Assembly (NCBI GenBank): GCA_964406465.1
Contig: CAYORT010000002.1
Location: forward strand, 58,414-122,413
Source: an uncultured Chryseobacterium sp.
GTDB taxonomy: Bacteria; Bacteroidota; Bacteroidia; Flavobacteriales_C; GCA-002722245
DNA: 64,000 bases
Direction: 5' to 3'
Positions within the stretch are counted from its first letter, which is position 1, and the number at the start of each line of letters is the position of its first letter. Under the pieces are notes generated by a model that worked only from the letters and a program-made list of their open reading frames with translations, searched no databases and had not been told where the DNA came from. Positions 18,040 through 27,833 of this stretch are shown in pieces. Position numbers and translations under genes: made by a program.

Positions 18040-19053
18040 ATGAACAAAGAACCCATCATATTAGCAATAGAATCTTCGTGCGACGACACTGGAGCAGCTA
18101 TCATGCAAGGCAAAAAGGCCTTAAGCAACATTATAGCATCTCAAAAAGTTCACGAAAAATATGGCGGTGTTGTTCCCGAGTTGGCATCACGATCTCATCA
18201 ACAAAATATTATTCCTGTGGTGCATCAAGCCATCACCGAAGCAGGAATAAAGAAGGAAGACATCGATGCGGTGGCTTTTACTAAAGGTCCGGGCTTACTA
18301 GGCTCACTATTGGTTGGCACTTCTTTCGCCAAATCTTTCAGCATGGCGCTCAACAAACCATTGATTGAAATCAATCATATGGAAGCACACATCTTGGCGC
18401 ATTTTATTGAAGACGGTTCTCCATCGCCCGAATTTCCGTTTTTGTGTTTAACAGTATCGGGAGGCCACACTCAGATTGTAAAAGTTAGTGCTCCAAATGA
18501 TTTTAAAATCATTGGAGAAACTATAGATGATGCAGCAGGAGAGGCTTTTGATAAAATCTCGAAAATCATGGGGTTGCCTTATCCTGGCGGACCAATACTC
18601 GATAAGCTTGCCAGAGAAGGCAACGGAAATAAATTTCCTTTTGCGCACCCAAAAGCTGGCGGTTTAAATTTTTCTTTCAGCGGATTAAAAACTTCTGTGC
18701 TTTATTTCCTAAAAAAAGAAGTTGAAAAAAATCCAAATTTCATTGAAGAAAACAAAGTAGATCTTTGTGCATCTGTGCAACAAACCATTGTAGAAATACT
18801 AATGGACCAACTAAAAAAAGCAGCCATGCAAGAAAATATTTCGCACGTTGCTATTGCAGGCGGAGTATCGGCCAACAGCGGATTACGCAATGCAATTAGC
18901 TCACAAAAAAATTGGCAAACCTATATTCCTGCATTTCAATTTTGCACAGATAATGCGGCCATGATTGGAATTGCCGCTTATTACAAATACATGAACAATG
19001 ATTTTGGTGATTTGAGTTCGAAGGCCACTGCGCGCTGGGAGATGGGTAAATAA
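18040..19053 (+). CDS. tsaD: tRNA N6-adenosine threonylcarbamoyltransferase
   Basis: Motifs ILAIESSCDDT, GPGLLGSLLVG and HMEAHI. Start set at ATG 18040 (MNKEPII...). Confidence 0.9.
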   Translation: MNKEPIILAIESSCDDTGAAIMQGKKALSNIIASQKVHEKYGGVVPELASRSHQQNIIPVVHQAITEAGIKKEDIDAVAFTKGPGLLGSLLVGTSFAKSFSMALNKPLIEINHMEAHILAHFIEDGSPSPEFPFLCLTVSGGHTQIVKVSAPNDFKIIGETIDDAAGEAFDKISKIMGLPYPGGPILDKLAREGNGNKFPFAHPKAGGLNFSFSGLKTSVLYFLKKEVEKNPNFIEENKVDLCASVQQTIVEILMDQLKKAAMQENISHVAIAGGVSANSGLRNAISSQKNWQTYIPAFQFCTDNAAMIGIAAYYKYMNNDFGDLSSKATARWEMGK

Positions 19054-19179
19054 ACAGTTCAACTTTAATAACAATAACATCACAATTACTTAAGTTTCTT
19101 CTTACACAACAGAGATATATTTGCTTTGTTAGTAATGGAAATCAATTGCTAATCCCCCCTCCCCCCTCTTAATTAAATC

Positions 19180-19206
19180 AAGACGCCTCCCTTGCGTCTT
19201 TTTTTT
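19180..19206 (+). terminator. Rho-independent terminator AAGACGC-CTCCCTT-GCGTCTT followed by a T-run
   Basis: A 7-bp stem followed by T8, downstream of tsaD. Confidence 0.7.
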
Positions 19207-19238
19207 GCTTTTTAAAATCTTTAAACCAAAATCTTTTT

Positions 19239-20135
19239 TCACAACGGCAGCCTATAAATCAATCTTGTTTGAAAAATCAAACCATTATTAAAATTGGCAT
19301 TTTGCTGCACCCTCTCGTCTCCTATTTTAATGGCACTAAGAGCGAAATCAAACTTATCATCACTATTAAAAACTTGGTGATTTCTTCCAACGGTATAACC
19401 TGCTTTTCCTTGTATCAACAACCTTTGAGTTAAATTAAACTGCAAGTAAACAAAAAGCTCATTGACAGATTTAACTACATAGCGACTCTCAATCTCACTG
19501 TTCAATTGATAGCTTCTAACTACAGATCTAAAATTAGCTCCCATCTTCAATTTAGGAAGCAAAACATAATTAACATCGGCCCACACCGGAGCGACCACAT
19601 CTACCTCTAACTTACTGTTTTTACTAACATAATATAATCCTAACAGTGGTACAAACAGCGAACCCGATTTTTCTGAATTGTAATATAAACCAACTTTGTA
19701 TTTAAATTTATCTGCCTTCTTTTCCATTAAAACACTTCCTCCGTATTGAAAATCATTTTCTCCAATTTTTAGTAGATCACTCGACAATTTTGGAAGAAAA
19801 AGCAAAGTTCCCTTCCATCGATCAGAAAGTTTATAATTTACCCCCACTATAGGAGCAATAGAATACAACTGTGTTTCATGAGTGCTGTTAGAAAACAAAC
19901 GCAATTTAAAATACTCGGTAAAAAGTCCGGTAACTACAACTACCTTATCGTTAACTTTCAAAGGCGCTTTCAAGTCCACAACAACTTCTTCAAAACCTCT
20001 TTTCAAAGAAGTTGAATCAGAATAAGAAGTTGGAGAATAATGTGAATGATGAACCTTTATTAAATCTACATAATTTTGAGACCGCATAGCTGCAGCGCTT
20101 AGCACAAAAACAGAAAAAAAGAGTAATCTCAGCAT
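19239..20135 (-). CDS. Hypothetical outer-membrane beta-barrel protein
   Basis: Signal peptide MLRLLFFSVFVLSAAA. Beta-strand periodicity. C-terminal aromatic strand ...LIYRLPL. Confidence 0.4.
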   Translation of the reverse strand: MLRLLFFSVFVLSAAAMRSQNYVDLIKVHHSHYSPTSYSDSTSLKRGFEEVVVDLKAPLKVNDKVVVVTGLFTEYFKLRLFSNSTHETQLYSIAPIVGVNYKLSDRWKGTLLFLPKLSSDLLKIGENDFQYGGSVLMEKKADKFKYKVGLYYNSEKSGSLFVPLLGLYYVSKNSKLEVDVVAPVWADVNYVLLPKLKMGANFRSVVRSYQLNSEIESRYVVKSVNELFVYLQFNLTQRLLIQGKAGYTVGRNHQVFNSDDKFDFALSAIKIGDERVQQNANFNNGLIFQTRLIYRLPL

Positions 20136-20365
20136 TTTAATTTCTTTGATTTGCGGCGCAAGTTAGCAACCATAAGATTCAAACATATATTAATTTTCAA
20201 CAAGTAGTAAATACTCTTTGCATTTTTTGCCAAGGTATTAGCAAAATCTATTCAACAATCGATTTATACTTTTCCACAACCTTACTGCAAACTGGTTTTT
20301 GTTCTTATTTTCGATGTCGATACAGAACATTAAAAAATGAACTTTGAACATTAAACATAATTTCC

Positions 20366-21301
20366 ATGATTAAAGAACACCACAAATGCCTTATTATTGG
20401 CGCCGGACCAGCAGGATACACTGCTGCAATTTATGCTGCAAGAGCTGAATTAAAACCTGTAATGTATGTAGGAATGCAGCCTGGCGGACAGTTAATGGAT
20501 ACTACCGAAGTAGATAATTTCCCTGGTTACCCAAAAGGAGTTGAGGGTCCGCAAATGATGGAAGACATGCGTGCTCAAGCAGAACGATTTGGTACCGACG
20601 TACGTGTGGGTGTTGCTACACAAGTATTTTTTAATGAATCTCCTAAAAGAGTTTTGATTGAAGATAAAGCTGAAATCACTGCTGACACAGTAATCATTGC
20701 AACCGGAGCAACAGCTAAATGGTTGGGCTTGCCTTCTGAAGAAAGATTGAAAAGCGGCGGAGTTTCGGCATGTGCTGTGTGCGACGGTTTTTTCTATCGC
20801 AAACAAGATGTGGCTATTGTAGGTGCAGGTGATACCGCATGTGAAGAAGCTACTTACCTTTCTAAAATTTGCAATAAAGTAACTATGTTGGTGCGCAAAG
20901 ACAGTTTCCGCGCATCGAAAGCAATGGTGAACAGAGTGATGACTACCCCAAACATTGAAGTTTTATTTAATACTGAGACTGTTGAAGTTTTGGGTGAGCA
21001 GGTTGTTGAAGGTGTTAAAGTAAAAAACAACAAAACAAACACTGAAAGTACATTAACAGTTACAGGATTGTTTATTGCAATCGGACATAAACCAAATACA
21101 GATATTTTCAAAGGTCAGTTAAACTTGGACGAAAATGGCTACATCAAAACCATTCCGGGTTCAACCAACACCAATATTCCTGGCGTATTTGCTGCAGGAG
21201 ACGTTCAAGACCACGTGTACCGTCAGGCAATCACCGCTGCAGGAACTGGTTGTATGGCCGCATTAGATGCCGAACGTTGGTTGGCTGCACAAGGACATTA
21301 A
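20366..21301 (+). CDS. trxB: Thioredoxin-disulfide reductase
   Basis: Motifs GAGPAGYTAAIY, redox CAVCDG and GAGDTACEE. Confidence 0.9.
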   Translation: MIKEHHKCLIIGAGPAGYTAAIYAARAELKPVMYVGMQPGGQLMDTTEVDNFPGYPKGVEGPQMMEDMRAQAERFGTDVRVGVATQVFFNESPKRVLIEDKAEITADTVIIATGATAKWLGLPSEERLKSGGVSACAVCDGFFYRKQDVAIVGAGDTACEEATYLSKICNKVTMLVRKDSFRASKAMVNRVMTTPNIEVLFNTETVEVLGEQVVEGVKVKNNKTNTESTLTVTGLFIAIGHKPNTDIFKGQLNLDENGYIKTIPGSTNTNIPGVFAAGDVQDHVYRQAITAAGTGCMAALDAERWLAAQGH

Positions 21302-21310
21302 TTCTATTTT

Positions 21311-21946
21311 ATGAAAGTTGAAATTTGGAGTGATATCGCTTGTCCGTTTTGCTACATTGGCAAACGTCGTTTTGAGCATGCCTTAGAAAAATTCTCAAAA
21401 AAAGGTGAGGTAGAAATCGTTTGGAAAAGCTATCAGTTAGATCCTTATTTCAAACCTCTTCTCGGACAAAACATCCACCAAATGTTGGCTGAGAAAAAAG
21501 GTTGGACAGAAGAGCATGCAAAAAAGCTAAATGAGCAAGTGACTCAAATGGCTAAAGAGGAAGGCTTAAACTATAATATCGATGCTATCATTCCAGCCAA
21601 CACTTTACATGTTCATCGCCTTATTCATTTAGCAGCCAAACATGGTTTGCAAGATGAAGCGAAAGAAAGATTTTTCTCGGCTTATTTTATAGAAGGAAGA
21701 AACCTCAACAGCAAAGATGTTTTAGGCGAATTGGCAGTAGAAATTGGCTTATCATTCGAAGAAGTAGAAACTCTCTTAAACGGAAAAGAATTCGCCGATG
21801 AAGTAAATAGTGATGCGCATGAAGGCGCTGCACTTGGTGTTCGTGGCGTGCCGTTTTTTGTGTTTGATAGAAAGTATGCTATATCGGGCGCACAACCTGA
21901 GCATTTGTTTTTGGAGACGATGGAGAAGGTGGTAGCGGAGAAATAA
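21311..21946 (+). CDS. DsbA/FrnE-family thiol-disulfide oxidoreductase
   Basis: N-terminal CPFC redox motif within a DsbA-like fold. Confidence 0.8.
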   Translation: MKVEIWSDIACPFCYIGKRRFEHALEKFSKKGEVEIVWKSYQLDPYFKPLLGQNIHQMLAEKKGWTEEHAKKLNEQVTQMAKEEGLNYNIDAIIPANTLHVHRLIHLAAKHGLQDEAKERFFSAYFIEGRNLNSKDVLGELAVEIGLSFEEVETLLNGKEFADEVNSDAHEGAALGVRGVPFFVFDRKYAISGAQPEHLFLETMEKVVAEK

Positions 21947-21948
21947 GC

Positions 21949-22428
21949 ATGTTAAACAACATTATAAAATACAGTGCGATTTTAACAGTTGCGTTGCTTT
22001 TTAATTGGTGGTTATTTACATTTTCATCTATTAATATCCCTGAATTTATTCCAAAGACACCGATTCCTATTAGTGGACTATTTCTTTTTACAGTCATTTT
22101 AACAACCATAATTCTAATTCAAAAAAAAGCACTAAAATCCTTACCGGAAATCTCAATTTCCAAACTCTCCTTCCTAGGATCTACCGTATGTTTTTTATCT
22201 GAAATTGTTTTTCAATCTATCAGACAAACAAGTATAAATGCAAATGCTTTTAACGATAGACTGTATTATTTTGCTGTAGGTGTAATTGGAATTACCCTGT
22301 TTGGTATCGTTTTGTCCTTCTTTGTGGCATTTCAATTAAAAACAAAAAAGACTGACCTTTTAATTCTATTTATAATCGTTTTTCTTTTTATTTTGCGAAT
22401 AATTGATCGCTATTGGATTAGACTATAA
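21949..22428 (+). CDS. Four-TM hypothetical membrane protein tightly coupled to the DsbA-like gene
   Basis: Four predicted TM helices. A 2-nt gap separates it from the upstream gene. No recognisable motif is present. Confidence 0.35.
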   Translation: MLNNIIKYSAILTVALLFNWWLFTFSSINIPEFIPKTPIPISGLFLFTVILTTIILIQKKALKSLPEISISKLSFLGSTVCFLSEIVFQSIRQTSINANAFNDRLYYFAVGVIGITLFGIVLSFFVAFQLKTKKTDLLILFIIVFLFILRIIDRYWIRL

Positions 22429-22487
22429 GGGACCTCAATCATAATTGCAGACCAAGCGAAGCTGAATATTGAATCCATACTCTTCCC

Positions 22488-22601
22488 TTACGCAAGCCTT
22501 TTCTCTTTGATTAATTCATGCAAAATCACTCTTTCAACATTCTCTAAATCATGCATTAATTCATCATCATGAAAACGAATGGTTTTATAACCCAACTCCA
22601 C
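22488..22601 (-). pseudogene. Remnant of a DUF559 (Vsr-like endonuclease-domain) gene; only the C-terminal 37 codons survive
   Basis: Minus-strand translation VELGYKTIRFHDDELMHDLENVERVILHELIKEKRLA* matches the DUF559 C-terminus (GY.V.RFWN.E.......V...I). An upstream stop interrupts it and no start codon is present. Confidence 0.5.
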
Positions 22602-22644
22602 AATTTTCTATCTCGTGCAAAATCATCCCCAATCTCTAAAAATC

Positions 22645-22674
22645 AAAAAAGGTGTCGATAAATCGACACCTTTT
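22645..22674. terminator. Bidirectional terminator-like palindrome A6-GGTGTCGAT-AA-ATCGACACC-T4
   Basis: Perfect 9-bp inverted repeat flanked by an A-run and a T-run, downstream of minus-strand lipoprotein gene 22745..23167. Confidence 0.55.
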
Positions 22675-22744
22675 CTTTATGATAGCTATTGTAAAATTAT
22701 TTCTTAAAATGGAATTCGTGTGTATCACCTCCATTTGTACATCT

Positions 22745-23167
22745 TTACCAAAACTCGTCTTTATCAAGCTTAACAATAGTTAAAGATGAAGAAGAAACAG
22801 AATTTATATTACTTGAGAAATCACTGATACTGCTTACACCATCAATCTTCACTTCTTCTTGTGTATCATTGAATTTATAAGTACCATCATCGGTATTAGG
22901 ATCTCCATCTTTCTCAGTAAAAGTTCTTGTTAGAGTTCCTCCCTCGGTATAAGCCTCTTGTAAATTTTTAATATACAAAGTGGCAGTCTCATCATTTCCA
23001 TTGCGCATGCACTGCGCTAAGGTCCAAGTACCAACAATTCTCTCGTCGGCTTTACTTACAAAACCACCTTCTTCAAATTTTGAACATGAGCTAAGTGCCA
23101 ATGCACTTGAAATAACAGAAATAGTAAATAGTTTTTTCATAATGTTGATTTTGCTGTGTAGACGCAA
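22745..23167 (-). CDS. Small lipoprotein (lipocalin-like hypothetical)
   Basis: Lipobox ALALSSCS. The start is probably the internal MKKLF. No other motif is recognisable. Confidence 0.4.
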   Translation of the reverse strand: MRLHSKINIMKKLFTISVISSALALSSCSKFEEGGFVSKADERIVGTWTLAQCMRNGNDETATLYIKNLQEAYTEGGTLTRTFTEKDGDPNTDDGTYKFNDTQEEVKIDGVSSISDFSSNINSVSSSSLTIVKLDKDEFW

Positions 23168-23245
23168 TTAAATTAGCAGGGTTGCTTTTCATAAAAAAGA
23201 GCTTCCGCAATCAAACGGAAGCTCTTAAAAATCAAAATCTTAATA

Positions 23246-23677
23246 TTAATCTACGATTACAATTTTCTCAATCTCATCACTTTGAGCAATAGCATCTAAC
23301 ACATCTAAGCCTTCATACACTTTACCAAAGCAAGTATGATTTCTATCTAAGTGCGCAGTGTTTTTTCTGCTGTGGCAGATGAAGAACTGAGAACCACCAG
23401 TGTTTCTACCGGCATGAGCCATAGATAAAACACCTCTATCGTGGTATTGGTTTCCGCCATCTAATTCGCATTTAATGGTATAACCTGGTCCGCCTGCACC
23501 AGTTCTGTTCGGACAGCCACCTTGAATTACGAAATCGGGAATTACGCGGTGAAAATTCAAACCATCGTAAAATCCGCTTTTCGCCAACTTAACAAAGTTA
23601 GCAACTGTGTTTGGAGCATCTTTCTCGTAGAACTCTACTTTCATTACTCCTTTTTCTGTGTGTATTTCTGCTTTCAT
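23246..23677 (-). CDS. Cyclophilin-type peptidyl-prolyl cis-trans isomerase
   Basis: Motifs [15 protein letters not shown] and SMAHAG...GSQFFI. Confidence 0.9.
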   Translation of the reverse strand: MKAEIHTEKGVMKVEFYEKDAPNTVANFVKLAKSGFYDGLNFHRVIPDFVIQGGCPNRTGAGGPGYTIKCELDGGNQYHDRGVLSMAHAGRNTGGSQFFICHSRKNTAHLDRNHTCFGKVYEGLDVLDAIAQSDEIEKIVIVD

Positions 23678-23713
23678 ATTGCAATTATAATATAAATGTT
23701 TTTACTCGCCCGT

Positions 23714-25501
23714 TTACTTCTTCGTTGTCCTCAAATTATTGTACTGGATTATGCCCACCTGTTCGTCGGCTTTAATCAAGTACCCAAAATTAGCGAAAAA
23801 CTGGCAGTATGGAAATCCTATCATACCAATATATGTTATAATTGTTAAACCAACCTTGTAACGCGCATGTATTGAATGCACATAAAAGCGATTATCAATG
23901 GACTCCACGAAGGTAGGCAATACTCTTTTTTGGTCTCTCTTTTTGGCAACTCCTTCGTTCACCTGAATGTTCTCTACTTTACTTGCCCCAGTAGTGATAT
24001 CAAAAGAGGCATAATCAATTGTACCTAAAAAACTTTTTCTCTTTCTTCTTTTCTTAGCTTTCTCATCAAAAGAAGACCCATAGGTAACATAAACAGAGTT
24101 GTTGTGGGTAATAAACTCTAAATCATTTACATAAAGCATATTGGGATAAAGCGCTTTTCTGTCAATATTCTTCGACCAAATAAAATCAACATTTTCGTTG
24201 ATCTTAAATAAGGTAACATTATGTTTCTCGCAATAAACTACCGATCTAGTGGAAGTTGCTCCCGTTTGGGTATTCACCGTCGTTACTGTGTAGTCAATAT
24301 TTTTCATAATAGATGTAAGTAAGATCATTTCACCTTCGGGCAAAAACACAACATCTTCTATGGTATACTGCCCATTGATAATGGCAAGAGTACTTTTCTT
24401 GTTTTTGGTATCTTCAATAAAATCATCTTTATCTTGTTTATACAATTCCTTTAACTGCTCCTTAGTAAAAGCATTGGTTTTTGTAGATTCTAGAGTTAAG
24501 GTATTTAGGTCGTAAACTTGAAAATAGATTCCACTAATTCCGCTTATAACTTCGGCATCTAGCTTAGCTTTTTTTCCTTTCTTTGATGGAGGAGCTAAGG
24601 TTTGCTTCTCTTGCTTCGTATCTGAATAAAATCCGAAAAGCTTTATTTTACCATCTTTTACAAAATACTTAGAAGAGTAGCTATGCTTTCCATCTAACTT
24701 AAACTCGAGATACTTCGATTTCCCACTTGAAATATCTACCAACATTAAAGTTGTTTTAGATAGCGCATCTTTCTCCGTTTCTTTATAAGAAATATTGGTT
24801 GATAATGTTTTGCCATCAAGTGCATTAAAAGATATCACACTAGAGGTAAAAAATGCATTTGCTTTATCGGTAAAATCAATAGATTTTTTTTCGTTAACTG
24901 TATTGTCTTTGTGCAATACTGCATACTCAATTTTAAACTTACCCAATTTGCTATCCAATCGATAACTACCAATAACTACGCTATCACCAAGATCCTTGTC
25001 GGTGCAAACAAAAAAATCGGGCACCTCGTTTTTCTTCTTGCTTTTTGCTGAGAATATCTTCTTTAAAGACTTGATTGGCTTAAGAAGGGGATCGAAAGAC
25101 TCTACAAACAATTCACGTGATTTTTTTTTCTTATCGTACTTTTCCCAAAAAACATAAATAATATTTTCACGAACATCAATACTGATGAAATCTAAGTCTT
25201 TATGGGCCTTGTATGATTTCTCTTCCGATTTGTACCCGGCAAGAAGGGCTTGTGAAATTTTAATAGTGTTAGTTTTATCATAGCAAGTTAGCTTTACCCT
25301 TTTGTTGCGTTTGCCACCTAAGCCAATTATAAAGTTGGCCGATTTCATGTAAATATATTTCGAGGTAGAGCCCGCAAAATAATCCATTAAACCATCTTTA
25401 GCATTATCTACTGTTTGCTTATCTCCCCAATCTAACCTTAAATCTTGAGACATTGCGGCTTGGGTCACAAAAAATGCAACCACGAGTGATAGAAATTTCA
25501 T
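23714..25501 (-). CDS. Hypothetical secreted protein (595 aa) with no recognisable domain
   Basis: Signal peptide MKFLSLVVAFFVTQAAMSQ. Lys-rich patches including KRRKRKS. It lies 14 nt downstream of the 273-aa gene on the same strand. Confidence 0.45.
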   Translation of the reverse strand: MKFLSLVVAFFVTQAAMSQDLRLDWGDKQTVDNAKDGLMDYFAGSTSKYIYMKSANFIIGLGGKRNKRVKLTCYDKTNTIKISQALLAGYKSEEKSYKAHKDLDFISIDVRENIIYVFWEKYDKKKKSRELFVESFDPLLKPIKSLKKIFSAKSKKKNEVPDFFVCTDKDLGDSVVIGSYRLDSKLGKFKIEYAVLHKDNTVNEKKSIDFTDKANAFFTSSVISFNALDGKTLSTNISYKETEKDALSKTTLMLVDISSGKSKYLEFKLDGKHSYSSKYFVKDGKIKLFGFYSDTKQEKQTLAPPSKKGKKAKLDAEVISGISGIYFQVYDLNTLTLESTKTNAFTKEQLKELYKQDKDDFIEDTKNKKSTLAIINGQYTIEDVVFLPEGEMILLTSIMKNIDYTVTTVNTQTGATSTRSVVYCEKHNVTLFKINENVDFIWSKNIDRKALYPNMLYVNDLEFITHNNSVYVTYGSSFDEKAKKRRKRKSFLGTIDYASFDITTGASKVENIQVNEGVAKKRDQKRVLPTFVESIDNRFYVHSIHARYKVGLTIITYIGMIGFPYCQFFANFGYLIKADEQVGIIQYNNLRTTKK

Positions 25502-25514
25502 CTTACTTTAAATT

Positions 25515-26336
25515 TTAAAAATTAATCTTTATTTCCAGCATCTCAGATTCGAGTCCGTCGTTATCAGTTAGCGCAATAAACACCCCTTCAGCATTCAGCG
25601 CTATAGCTTCAATTTTCAACTTTCCCTCTAATAAAACACAAGAAACATCCGTTTCATCCAGAGCACAAAGATTAATCTTTCCGATATAACTTCCAAGAAT
25701 TTCTCCATCATTTATCCAATCACTTGTTTTTTCTACTGATGCAGAAAAATATAATATATCTTGATGTACGATAGCAGCAGAGAAACCTGCTTTATATCCT
25801 TGAAGAGAGGGCAATTGAAATTGATTTTGCTCTATTGTTATTTGGTAATGCGGATTTAACAAAGCCTCTTCAAAATCAAACAACGAGATTTTGAAAATAG
25901 AATTATCTCCTCTATTAAGAAACAATAGTTGTTGGTTATAAATGGCAGCTCCTTCAATATTAAAGTCGTTAATCGACAAATGATAGCTTGACATAATTTG
26001 AGCATATATATGAGCTATCGAGAAAAAAGAAACTTTTTCTGTTTGCAAATCGAAAACACACAATAAATTACGATTGCTATTTGACCCAGACCCCAACAAA
26101 TACAAGCTACCGCGATGTTCGAACATGGCTTCAAAATCGGCTTTTCTTGATTTCGGTATCTGCTCTTCTTCACTATCAAATAATGAATACTTATTTATGA
26201 TATTTCCGCTTAAATCAAGACGAATAAGATATTTTGAATCGTCGCAACACACATAAATAGCATCATCATACATCTCCATCCCTGATGCAGAATGCACATT
26301 TTGGAGCTTCTTATAAGAAATGATTTCCGCCTGCAT
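25515..26336 (-). CDS. Hypothetical cytoplasmic protein (273 aa), possibly a beta-propeller-like fold
   Basis: No signal peptide. Repeated beta-strand-like segments. Tightly linked to the 595-aa secreted protein. Confidence 0.4.
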   Translation of the reverse strand: MQAEIISYKKLQNVHSASGMEMYDDAIYVCCDDSKYLIRLDLSGNIINKYSLFDSEEEQIPKSRKADFEAMFEHRGSLYLLGSGSNSNRNLLCVFDLQTEKVSFFSIAHIYAQIMSSYHLSINDFNIEGAAIYNQQLLFLNRGDNSIFKISLFDFEEALLNPHYQITIEQNQFQLPSLQGYKAGFSAAIVHQDILYFSASVEKTSDWINDGEILGSYIGKINLCALDETDVSCVLLEGKLKIEAIALNAEGVFIALTDNDGLESEMLEIKINF

Positions 26337-26339
26337 GTC

Positions 26340-27791
26340 CTATTGAACACCTTCTAACATCGCCAACAACATCGTCCAAAACTTCTGTACCGATTTGATA
26401 TTCACTTTCTCATCTGGTGAGTGTGGGTATTTGATGGTTGGTCCGAAAGACACCATATCCAATCCCGGATAAGCTTTACCAATAATACCACATTCCAATC
26501 CGGCATGAATAGCCATCACCTTTGCATCTTCTTTAAACAACTCTTTGTATTTATCACGAGCCACTTGCAAAATTGGTGAAGTCATATCGGGTTTCCAGCC
26601 TGGATAAGAACCTTGAAACTGAACCTCGGCACCAAACAATTCAAATGTTGCACGAATGCTTCTCACCAATTCTTCTTTACCTGCTTCACCATTACTACGC
26701 GCCAAGCATTGAACAGAAATTTCTCCATTGGCCACCGTTACTTTTGCAAGATTGTTTGATGTTTCTACCAATCCAGGAATATCGATACTCATCGCCAACA
26801 CATTATTTGGCGAAGCATATATGGCGTTTAACAAATCTTTTTGGGCTTTTACTTCCATTACATTGGCTGGCATTTCTTCTGCAGAAATTGTCATCAATGC
26901 TTTTTCTTCCATCTTAAATTCTGTGCGAATTTGATTTTGAAATGCGGAAGCTAAAGTTTTCAAATCATTTTCTTTATCTGAAGGAATTACAGCACTAACA
27001 AAAGATTCACGAGGAATAGCATTACGCAAACTTCCTCCTTTGATGTTGGCAATGCGCAAAGAAAATTGTTGATTGACTTCATACAAAAATCTATTCATCA
27101 CCTTATTGGCGTTGGCTCTACCGAGGTGAATATCAACTCCCGAGTGTCCGCCTTTTAAACCCGTAAGTGCAATTTTAAAAGCTTTGTAGCCTGCAGGAAC
27201 AGCCTCTTCAGCATATGTTTTTTTTACGTTTACCTCTATTCCTCCCGCACATCCTACGCATATTTCATTGTCTTCTTCAGAATCTAAATTGAGTAGAATT
27301 TTTCCAGTAAGAATTCCAGGTTGAAGATTGAAAGCTCCTGTCATTCCTGTCTCTTCGTCAACGGTGATTAGTGCTTCAAGCGGACCGTGCTTAATTTCAT
27401 TCGATTGAAATACCGACATGATGGCCGCAACACCAATTCCATTATCAGAACCTAAAGTAGTCCCCTCTGCTTTTACCCATTCCCCATCAATTTTGCTGAT
27501 AATTCCTTGGGTAGAAAAATCGAAATCAACATCGCTATTTTTTTGGTGCACCATATCCATGTGCGCCTGTAAAATCACTTTTGTTTTATTCTCCAAACCT
27601 TTTGTAGCTGGTTTTCTCAAAATAAAATTACCAATATTATCTTCAGTAAAATCAATGGCATGCTGAGTAGCGAAATCGCGCAAAAAAGCACGCACCTTTT
27701 CCTCTTTTTTGGAGGGACGGGGTACTGCGTTTAAATTTTCAAAATTGTTCCAAAGGATGGTAGGTTCTAATTTTCTTACTTCTTGCGACAT
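26340..27791 (-). CDS. pepD: Aminoacyl-histidine dipeptidase (M20 family, PepD)
   Basis: Motif HMDMV with an M20 metal-binding pattern. The 483-aa length is typical of PepD. Confidence 0.8.
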   Translation of the reverse strand: MSQEVRKLEPTILWNNFENLNAVPRPSKKEEKVRAFLRDFATQHAIDFTEDNIGNFILRKPATKGLENKTKVILQAHMDMVHQKNSDVDFDFSTQGIISKIDGEWVKAEGTTLGSDNGIGVAAIMSVFQSNEIKHGPLEALITVDEETGMTGAFNLQPGILTGKILLNLDSEEDNEICVGCAGGIEVNVKKTYAEEAVPAGYKAFKIALTGLKGGHSGVDIHLGRANANKVMNRFLYEVNQQFSLRIANIKGGSLRNAIPRESFVSAVIPSDKENDLKTLASAFQNQIRTEFKMEEKALMTISAEEMPANVMEVKAQKDLLNAIYASPNNVLAMSIDIPGLVETSNNLAKVTVANGEISVQCLARSNGEAGKEELVRSIRATFELFGAEVQFQGSYPGWKPDMTSPILQVARDKYKELFKEDAKVMAIHAGLECGIIGKAYPGLDMVSFGPTIKYPHSPDEKVNIKSVQKFWTMLLAMLEGVQ

Positions 27792-27833
27792 GATAATAAA
27801 TTTGTGTGTCGCTAAATTAAGAAAATTGCCGAC

